11,525 nucleotides of DNA. Origin: an uncultured Muribaculaceae bacterium. GTDB lineage: Bacteria > Bacillota_I > Bacilli_A > RF39 > UBA660. The stretch spans positions 6,942-18,466 of the forward strand of contig CAZJTX010000014.1 in the NCBI GenBank assembly GCA_964549115.1, written 5' to 3'. Under the pieces are notes generated by a model that was not told where the DNA came from, did no database searches, and worked only from the letters and a program-made list of their open reading frames with translations. Below, one piece after another: positions 6,121-11,525 of this stretch (position 1 is its first letter; each line of letters opens with the position of its first letter). The translations under genes and the position numbers were made by a program.

Positions 6121-7368
6121 ATGAAAAGAATTATTATTGAGGGGGGCCATAAATTAACCGGAACAATCAAAATAGGTGGCGCAAAGAATAGTGTTGTTGC
6201 ACTTTTGCCTGCGGCATTACTATCAGATGAAGGAGCATATATTAGAAAAGTTCCTAATATATCAGATAAAGATGCATTAGTACAAATTATGACACTTTTA
6301 GGAGCAGATGTGGAAGTAACTAAAACTACGGTAAAAGTAAATAGTAGTAAAGTAAAAAGTATTGCCATTCCGGAAGAATTAAGTAATAAATTAAGAGCAT
6401 CGTATTATTTTATGGGTGTTCTTTTAGCAAGATATAAAAAAGTTCAAATTCATTTTCCTGGCGGGTGTAAAATAGGCGAAAGACCAATAGATTATCACTT
6501 GAAGGGATTTGAAAAACTTGGAGCAAAAATTAAAAAAGACGATTCTAAATATACTTTAACTGCTAGAAAGTTGGTAGGATGTCCTATTAATTTAGAGTTT
6601 GCTTCGGTTGGGGCAACAATTAACATTATGTTCGCGGCAACAAGAGCTGAAGGAATAACCACAATTAACAACGCCGCAAGAGAAGCGGAAATTATTAATG
6701 TAGCAGATTTTTTAAATAGTATGGGTGCAAAGATTTCAGGACAAGGAACGAGCACAATAACCATTGAAGGAGTTAAATACTTAAAAAAAGGAAGTGCCGC
6801 TGTAATACCTGATAGAATTGAAGCTGGCACTTATGTTGTAGCAGGAGCATTACTAGGTAAAAACTTAAAAATAGAAGGAATAGAAAAAAATCATATTGGT
6901 GCGCTATTAAAGAAGTTGGACGATATGGGCATACCTTATGATTTAAATAAAGATAGTATAACTATTAGTAAAGTAAGAAAAATAAAACCGATAAACGTAA
7001 AAACTTTGGTTTTTCCGGGTTTTCCAACAGATTTAGGTCAACCAATACAAGTGTTATTAACTCAAGCAAGTGGAGCTTCGTTTTTTGAAGAAACAATATA
7101 TGAAAATAGAATGGCTCACATAAAATACTTACAAATGATGAATGCTAATATAGAACATACAAATATGAGAGCAAAAATAGTGGGGCCTACCAAATTAGTA
7201 GGAAGAGAAATAACAGCTCAAGACTTGAGGGGTGGAGCGGCATTAGTATTAGCAGGTTTAATAGCAGAAGGATTAACAATAGTTAATGACGCTGATCATA
7301 TTTTAAGAGGATATGAACGAATAATAGAAAAACTTACAAATGTAGGAGCTAAGATTAAAATAGAGTGA
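6121..7368 (+). CDS. murA: UDP-N-acetylglucosamine 1-carboxyvinyltransferase
   Basis: 415 aa. The N-terminus is IEGGHKLTGTIKIGGAKNSVVALLPAALL, the catalytic Cys loop is PGGCKIGERPIDYHL, and the C-terminal region has DLRGGAALVLAGL and RGYERIIEKL. The SD AAGGAG (6111..6116) overlaps the stop codon of the preceding ORF. Confidence 0.95.
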   Translation: MKRIIIEGGHKLTGTIKIGGAKNSVVALLPAALLSDEGAYIRKVPNISDKDALVQIMTLLGADVEVTKTTVKVNSSKVKSIAIPEELSNKLRASYYFMGVLLARYKKVQIHFPGGCKIGERPIDYHLKGFEKLGAKIKKDDSKYTLTARKLVGCPINLEFASVGATINIMFAATRAEGITTINNAAREAEIINVADFLNSMGAKISGQGTSTITIEGVKYLKKGSAAVIPDRIEAGTYVVAGALLGKNLKIEGIEKNHIGALLKKLDDMGIPYDLNKDSITISKVRKIKPINVKTLVFPGFPTDLGQPIQVLLTQASGASFFEETIYENRMAHIKYLQMMNANIEHTNMRAKIVGPTKLVGREITAQDLRGGAALVLAGLIAEGLTIVNDADHILRGYERIIEKLTNVGAKIKIE

Positions 7369-7375
7369 TTAATTG

Positions 7376-7403
7376 TTGAAACATATACCAAATGTGATAT
7401 AAT
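7376..7403 (+). promoter_or_regulatory. Sigma-A type promoter with extended -10 upstream of rpmE
   Basis: -35 TTGAAA (7376..7381), 16-nt spacer, then TGaTATAAT (TATAAT 7398..7403). The SD is AGGAGG at 7427..7432. Confidence 0.6.
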
Positions 7404-7436
7404 ACAAAAGATTGAAAAGAAGGACTAGGAGGCATA

Positions 7437-7649
7437 ATGAAAAAAGATATACATCCAGAAATAAAAGAATGTAACGTAACATGTGCGTGTGGTGCTACAT
7501 TTACTACAAAATCAACAGTAGATAAAATGAACTTAGAAGTATGTAGTGAATGCCATCCATTTTACACAGGAGTTGCAGGCAAAGTAAGAAAAGCTGGTAA
7601 AATAGAAAAATTTAATATAAAACACGGTTTAAAAAACGAAGATAAATAA
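7437..7649 (+). CDS. rpmE: 50S ribosomal protein L31, Zn-ribbon (type A) form
   Basis: 70 aa: MKKDIHPE...[11 protein letters not shown]...[11 protein letters not shown]...KFNIKHGL. The cysteine pairs CxC and CxxC are typical of type A L31. Confidence 0.95.
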   Translation: MKKDIHPEIKECNVTCACGATFTTKSTVDKMNLEVCSECHPFYTGVAGKVRKAGKIEKFNIKHGLKNEDK

Positions 7650-7669
7650 ATGTAAAATTTTCGTTTTTT
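7631..7669 (+). terminator. Possible rpmE terminator (weak, large loop)
   Basis: AAAAAACGAA (7631..7640) is the exact reverse complement of TTCGTTTTTT (7660..7669). The loop is 19 nt, the T-run is largely consumed by the stem, and the 5' arm lies inside the rpmE coding sequence. Confidence 0.3.
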
Positions 7670-7670
7670 A

Positions 7671-7699
7671 TTGGAGTTAATTAATAAAATTAGTATAAT
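7671..7699 (+). promoter_or_regulatory. Sigma-A type promoter upstream of rpiB
   Basis: -35 TTGGAG (7671..7676), 17-nt spacer, -10 TATAAT (7694..7699). The SD TAGGAGTG follows and the ATG is at 7718. Confidence 0.55.
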
Positions 7700-7717
7700 T
7701 AAAATAGGAGTGATTAA

Positions 7718-8161
7718 ATGAAAGTATTTGTAGCAGGAGACCACTTAGGCAATACTTTAGAAAAAGAAATTGTTAAATATTTACAAGAAAACGAAATAAA
7801 GGTAGAAGGGTCCAATTTAAAAACATACCCAACTGATGATTATCCTAACTTTGCTAAAGAGGTTTCAGAAAAAGTAGTTGAAAATAATGGTTTAGGAATA
7901 TTAATTTGTGGTAATGGAATTGGGATGAGTATTGCTGCAAACAAATTTAAAGGCATAAGAGCTGCTAGAGTACTAACTGTTGATGATGCTTTTAAGGCTA
8001 AAAACCATAATGGTGCAAACGTTATTACTCTAGACTCAAATACCCCAACAGATATTGTTAAGGGCATAGTAGATGCGTTTATAACAACAAAAACACCTGA
8101 AGAAGAAAGACATTTAAGACGTATCCAGTTAATAAAGGATATAGAAAATAATGAATTATAA
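7718..8161 (+). CDS. rpiB: Ribose-5-phosphate isomerase B (RpiB/LacAB family)
   Basis: 147 aa. It has MKVFVAGDHLG and the family core GILICGNGIGMSIAANKFKGIRAA with the catalytic Cys, followed by ...HNGANVITL. Confidence 0.9.
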   Translation: MKVFVAGDHLGNTLEKEIVKYLQENEIKVEGSNLKTYPTDDYPNFAKEVSEKVVENNGLGILICGNGIGMSIAANKFKGIRAARVLTVDDAFKAKNHNGANVITLDSNTPTDIVKGIVDAFITTKTPEEERHLRRIQLIKDIENNEL

Positions 8162-8336
8162 AATATATTTTTATATTTTCTTCACATTTGTGTCCGCAAT
8201 TGGGTTATCAGGCATAAATGTTAATTCAATAATTAAAAAAAACAAGAAGGTAGAAGCAACAATTTTAATGATGAGTTTAAGTTTTATAATGGGATACATA
8301 TTAACAGAGTTTGTATTTGGTTTTTTTAATAAATAA
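8151..8336 (+). CDS. Small two-TM membrane protein (61 aa), possibly DUF1146/YwzB-like
   Basis: Two hydrophobic segments (IYFYIFFTFVSAIGLSGI and ATILMMSLSFIMGYILTEFVFGFF) are separated by a basic loop (IIKKNKKVE). The ATG lies inside the last codons of rpiB (11-nt overlap), with AAAGGA 11 nt upstream. The family assignment is from memory only. Confidence 0.55.
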   Translation: MNYKIYFYIFFTFVSAIGLSGINVNSIIKKNKKVEATILMMSLSFIMGYILTEFVFGFFNK

Positions 8337-8346
8337 GTGTTATAAT
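8317..8346 (+). promoter_or_regulatory. Extended -10 promoter upstream of hpf
   Basis: TGtTATAAT (TG 8338..8339, TATAAT 8341..8346), with a weak -35-like TTGGTT (8317..8322) at 18-nt spacing. Confidence 0.45.
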
Positions 8347-8366
8347 TTTTATAAGGAGTGATTATA

Positions 8367-8897
8367 ATGAAATTAAATATACGTGGGGATAAAATAAAAA
8401 TAACTAAGGCGATTGATGACTATATTTGTGATAAAATATGTAAATTAGATAGATATTTTGAAAAACAAGATGAAATAAATGCTTTTGTGAAAGTTTCGGT
8501 AAAAAATAATAGACAATCAATCGAGGTTACTATACCAACTAAAAACTTTACTATAAGAGCGGAAGAAGATGATAATGACTTATATACTGCTATTGATTTA
8601 GTTGTGGACAAACTAGATAGACAAATTAAGAAAAACAAGAGTAAGTTATTAAATAGGTATAAAGACGTTGAGTCGTTTGAGATGAAACTAGACTTTGAAC
8701 ATGATGAAGAAGAAACTGTTGATAAAATAGTTAAAAGAAAAACATTGGAAAGTAAGCCAATGGATGAAGAAGAAGCCATGCTTCAAATGGAACTGGTAGA
8801 TCATGATTTCTTTGTTTTTAAAAACATTGATGAAGAGTGTGTATCAGTTTTATATAAAAGAAAAGATGGCAAATTAGGAATTATAAATATTAAATAA
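8367..8897 (+). CDS. hpf: Ribosome hibernation promoting factor, long form (100S dimerisation type)
   Basis: The N-terminal S30AE/YfiA domain (MKLNIRGDKIKITKAIDDYI...LYTAIDLVVDKLDRQIKKNK) is followed by a linker and the C-terminal dimerisation domain (KPMDEEEAMLQMELVDHDFFVFKN...VSVLYKRKDGKLGIINI). I place the start at ATG 8367, 8 nt after SD AAGGAG (8353..8358), rather than at the GTG at 8358 used by the ORF track, because that GTG lies inside the SD. Confidence 0.9.
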   Translation: MKLNIRGDKIKITKAIDDYICDKICKLDRYFEKQDEINAFVKVSVKNNRQSIEVTIPTKNFTIRAEEDDNDLYTAIDLVVDKLDRQIKKNKSKLLNRYKDVESFEMKLDFEHDEEETVDKIVKRKTLESKPMDEEEAMLQMELVDHDFFVFKNIDEECVSVLYKRKDGKLGIINIK

Positions 8898-8905
8898 TTA
8901 ACAAT

Positions 8906-9087
8906 GATAAAAACGAGTAAATTGAATGTAATATAAAGAGAGTTGATGGTGGTGCAAATCAATTATTACTACAATTGAAGATGATTTTTGGAGTTAATTC
9001 GCTATAAAGCGTTAAAAATTAAGAGCATGTAAATCATGAATTAAGGTGGTACCGCGGGAAAACCCGTCCTTAGTTTATGATTTTTTT
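8906..9087 (+). promoter_or_regulatory. T-box riboswitch leader, methionine (AUG) specifier
   Basis: The recognisable elements are:
- Conserved T-box sequence AATTAAGGTGGTACCGCG at 9039..9056, with the UGGUACC bulge at 9047..9053.
- Stem I distal hairpin TTGAT/ATCAA (8943..8947 / 8958..8962) with the loop GGTGGTGCAA.
- AG-rich bulge AAAGAGAG at 8935..8942.
- Helix GTAATA/TATTAC (8928..8933 / 8964..8969).
- S-turn elements AGTA (8916..8919) and GAA (8977..8979).
- AUG at 8981..8983, followed by the conserved purine A8984 and the base helix AAAAA/TTTTT (8909..8913 / 8985..8989).
- U7 run at 9081..9087.
The specifier matches the downstream metG. Confidence 0.85.
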
Positions 9088-9098
9088 GTGGAGGTAGT

Positions 9099-9578
9099 AT
9101 GAGAAAATTTGAAAAAGTAAGTGAAAAACAATTTATTAAGGATACTGGTTTAACACGAGAGGTTTATAATGGTATAACTTTACCAACAAGAAAAACAGTA
9201 GACAGCGCAGGTTATGATTTTATTTCTTATCAAGATATAATTATAAAACCAAAAGAAATTGTTAAAATACCAACAGGTATAAAAGTAGATATGAATAAAG
9301 GGGAAGTTTTATTTATTGTAGTTAGAAGTAGTATGGGTTTTAAATATAATTTGAGACTGTGCAACCAAGTAGGAATAATAGATAGAGATTATTACAATAA
9401 TGAAGGTAATGAAGGACATATATTTGTCGCATTACAAAATGAAGGGGAAAAAGAAATAATTATAAAAAAAGATGAAGCCTATGTACAAGGCATTATTCTT
9501 AAATATTACACGACAAATGAAGAAGTGAAAGAAATAAGAAAAGGTGGCATAGGCAGCACAAATAAGGAGGAAAAATGA
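9099..9578 (+). CDS. dut: Trimeric dUTP diphosphatase (dUTPase), YncF/YosS-like
   Basis: 159 aa with the dUTPase motifs in order: SAGYD (motif 1), VRSS (motif 2), GIIDRDYYNNEGNEG (motif 3), AYVQGIIL (motif 4) and RKGGIGST (motif 5). The stop overlaps the metG start (ATGA at 9575..9578). Confidence 0.8.
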   Translation: MRKFEKVSEKQFIKDTGLTREVYNGITLPTRKTVDSAGYDFISYQDIIIKPKEIVKIPTGIKVDMNKGEVLFIVVRSSMGFKYNLRLCNQVGIIDRDYYNNEGNEGHIFVALQNEGEKEIIIKKDEAYVQGIILKYYTTNEEVKEIRKGGIGSTNKEEK

Positions 9579-11098
9579 AAACATATTATATAACTACACC
9601 TATATATTATCCAAGCGAAAAATTTCATATAGGGCATTGTTATACAACTATAATTGCAGATTCTTTAGCAAGATATAAAAAACTATCCGGTTATGATGTG
9701 TTTTTTCAAACTGGATCGGATGAACATGGAGAAAAAATAGCTAAAAGAGCAGAAGAAGCTAATAAAACACCAAAAGATTATGTTGATGTTATTATTGATG
9801 ATGCAAAAGATTTGTGGAAACAACTTGATATTGAATATGATTACTTTATTAGAACAACAGATGAGGATCATGTAAAAAGAGTCCAAAAGATATTTGAAAT
9901 ATTATATAACAATGGAGATATATACAAAGGAACGTATAAAGGACTTTATTGTGTTCCTTGTGAATCTTTTTGGACAGACAAAGATTTAATAGAAGGTAAG
10001 TGTCCAGATTGTAATAGAGAAGCAAAGGAAGTAGAAGAAGAAACATATTTTTTCAAATTAAGTAAATATCAAGCTTTTTTAGAAGAACTATACAAAAGAG
10101 AGGACTTTATATTACCGAAATCAAGACGAAATGAATTATATAATAATTTTGTAAAACCAGGTTTAGAAGATATAAGCGTTACAAGAACTACATCTAAGTG
10201 GGGAATAGAAGTACCTTTTGATAAAGAACACACTATTTATGTATGGATAGATGCTCTTTCAAACTATATTACATCTTTGGGTTATCCTGATAACCCAGAC
10301 TTGGGCTTTAATAAGTATTGGCCTGTAGATTTACACCTAGTAGGTAAAGAAATTACTAGATTTCATGCTATTATATGGCCCGCATTATTAAAAGCTCTAG
10401 ATATAGAAATTCCAAAACAAATATTTGCTCACGGATGGTTATTAATTGAGGGAGGCAAAATATCTAAATCAATTGGTAATTATGAAGACCCTAGAATATA
10501 TATAGAAAAATTTGGAGTAGACGCTGTAAGATACTATATTTTAAAGGAAGTAAAACTGGGATCAGATGGTAATTTCTCAGTTGATGCTCTAATAAATTTA
10601 ACAAATAGTGATTTAGTTAATACTTTAGGAAACTTAGTAACAAGAACAGTATCAATGATACATAAATATTTTGATGGCAATTTAAAATATGTATTAAAAG
10701 AAGAAAGTTTAGACAAAGATTTAATAAACAATATTAATAATTTGTATAAAGAAGTTGATAAAAAAATAAACAATTTACAAATTAGTGAAGCTTTAGAAAT
10801 TATATTAGATAATTTACATAAAACAAATAAGTATATAGATGAAACTACCCCTTGGATACTGGGTAAAGACGAATCTAGTCATGATAGATTAAGCACTGTA
10901 TTATATAACATATTAGAAAGTATTAGAGTTTCAAGTATACTACTTAAAGCATTTGTACCTAACTTAAGTGATGAAATATTAAGTGCACTTAATACAGATA
11001 AAACAACATTTAATGATTTATCTTTTGGTTTGTTAGATAAAGACTTATCGTTAGATGAACCAAAAATAATATATAAAAGAATAGAAAAAGATGAATAA
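9575..11098 (+). CDS. metG: Methionyl-tRNA synthetase, short form without the C-terminal tRNA-binding appendix
   Basis: 507 aa. It has HIGH (FHIGHCYT), KMSKS as KISKS, a single Zn knuckle CVPCESFW...CPDCNRE, and conserved YVWIDAL and GKEITRFHAIIWPA. It ends shortly after the anticodon-binding helical domain. Confidence 0.97.
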   Translation: MKTYYITTPIYYPSEKFHIGHCYTTIIADSLARYKKLSGYDVFFQTGSDEHGEKIAKRAEEANKTPKDYVDVIIDDAKDLWKQLDIEYDYFIRTTDEDHVKRVQKIFEILYNNGDIYKGTYKGLYCVPCESFWTDKDLIEGKCPDCNREAKEVEEETYFFKLSKYQAFLEELYKREDFILPKSRRNELYNNFVKPGLEDISVTRTTSKWGIEVPFDKEHTIYVWIDALSNYITSLGYPDNPDLGFNKYWPVDLHLVGKEITRFHAIIWPALLKALDIEIPKQIFAHGWLLIEGGKISKSIGNYEDPRIYIEKFGVDAVRYYILKEVKLGSDGNFSVDALINLTNSDLVNTLGNLVTRTVSMIHKYFDGNLKYVLKEESLDKDLINNINNLYKEVDKKINNLQISEALEIILDNLHKTNKYIDETTPWILGKDESSHDRLSTVLYNILESIRVSSILLKAFVPNLSDEILSALNTDKTTFNDLSFGLLDKDLSLDEPKIIYKRIEKDE

Positions 11099-11525
11099 AT
11101 TATATTTTGTAGATACACATGCTCATATAACTAAAAAAGATTATAAAGACATTGATAAAGTAGTTTATGATGCTTTTTCTAATGGCGTTGAATATATTAT
11201 TAACTCAGGCAGTGATGCTAGATCCAATAAAGAAATATTAAAGTTAAGTAAAAAATATAAAAATATGTATATTACACTAGGAATACATCCTCATGAAGCA
11301 AATAATTATAAAGAAAAAGACATTTTATTTATTAAAAAGCATTTAAATAATAAAAAAGTTGTAGCAATAGGAGAAATAGGATTAGATTATCATTATGGTA
11401 AGGATACAAAGAAAGAACAAATAAAATTATTTGAACGTCAATTACAAATAGCCGAAGAAAATAATCTACCTGTTGTAATCCATGCTAGAGATTCTCATGA
11501 AGATATATTAAATTGTCTTAAAAAG
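11091..11525 (+). CDS. tatD: TatD-family metal-dependent DNase/hydrolase, N-terminal part; the ORF runs off the window
   Basis: The frame is open from ATG 11091 to the window end: MNKLYFVDTHAHI...GIHPHEA...AIGEIGLDYHY...QIKLFERQLQIAEENNLPVVIHARDSHEDIL. This carries the TatD signature motifs (DTHxH, GxHP, GExGLDY, HxRD). It overlaps the metG stop by 8 nt, and the metG-tatD pairing is as in B. subtilis metS-yabD. It is absent from the ORF track only because no stop lies in the window. Confidence 0.85.
   Translation, partial: MNKLYFVDTHAHITKKDYKDIDKVVYDAFSNGVEYIINSGSDARSNKEILKLSKKYKNMYITLGIHPHEANNYKEKDILFIKKHLNNKKVVAIGEIGLDYHYGKDTKKEQIKLFERQLQIAEENNLPVVIHARDSHEDILNCLKK

Noticed and set aside
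8358-8366. The GTG start for hpf used by the ORF track (MIIMKLN...).
   Set aside because: The GTG is part of the SD AAGGAGTG itself. ATG 8367 has ideal spacing and gives the canonical HPF N-terminus MKLNIRG.
8850-8935. A dedicated promoter for the T-box leader.
   Set aside because: Candidates are only TA-rich hexamers (TATAAA 8882..8887, TAAATA 8891..8896, TAATAT 8929..8934). They either lack a matching -35 or TG, or lie inside Stem I. No terminator follows hpf, so read-through from the hpf promoter is equally plausible. It is left unannotated.

Overview
This is an AT-rich window (roughly 30% GC by eye) with 16 credible protein genes, all on the + strand and tightly packed. It uses standard code 11: TGA ends mnmG, rsmG, murA and the dUTPase at their expected C-termini. 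An RNAP delta subunit, a long-form HPF, a T-box leader and a Noc-like ParB point to a Bacilli/Firmicutes-type organism with a compacted genome; that placement is inference. Gene order is mnmG (3' end), rsmG, noc-like parB, 111-aa unknown, rpoE, prfA, prmC, 462-aa unknown, murA, rpmE, rpiB, 61-aa membrane protein, hpf, Met T-box leader, dUTPase, metG, tatD (5' part). Almost everything is core housekeeping. The one gene that does not belong is the 462-aa ORF at 4724..6112. It has a helical, basic N-terminal region of about 185 aa fused to a complete but degenerate Mre11/SbcD-type metallophosphoesterase motif set. It sits between prmC and murA and appears coupled to murA, and it is the best candidate here for something undescribed. 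Secondary curiosities:
- A tRNA-Met-specific T-box drives a dUTPase ahead of metG.
- The 3' domain of that T-box does not fold into the textbook mutually exclusive terminator.
- The Noc-like protein lacks an N-terminal helix and has no parA/parB partner.
- PrmC is N-terminally truncated and in frame with prfA.
- TGnTATAAT extended -10 promoters recur upstream of most transcription units.
I saw no rRNA, tRNA, CRISPR array, transposase or integrase. All minus-strand ORFs in the track look like shadow ORFs.
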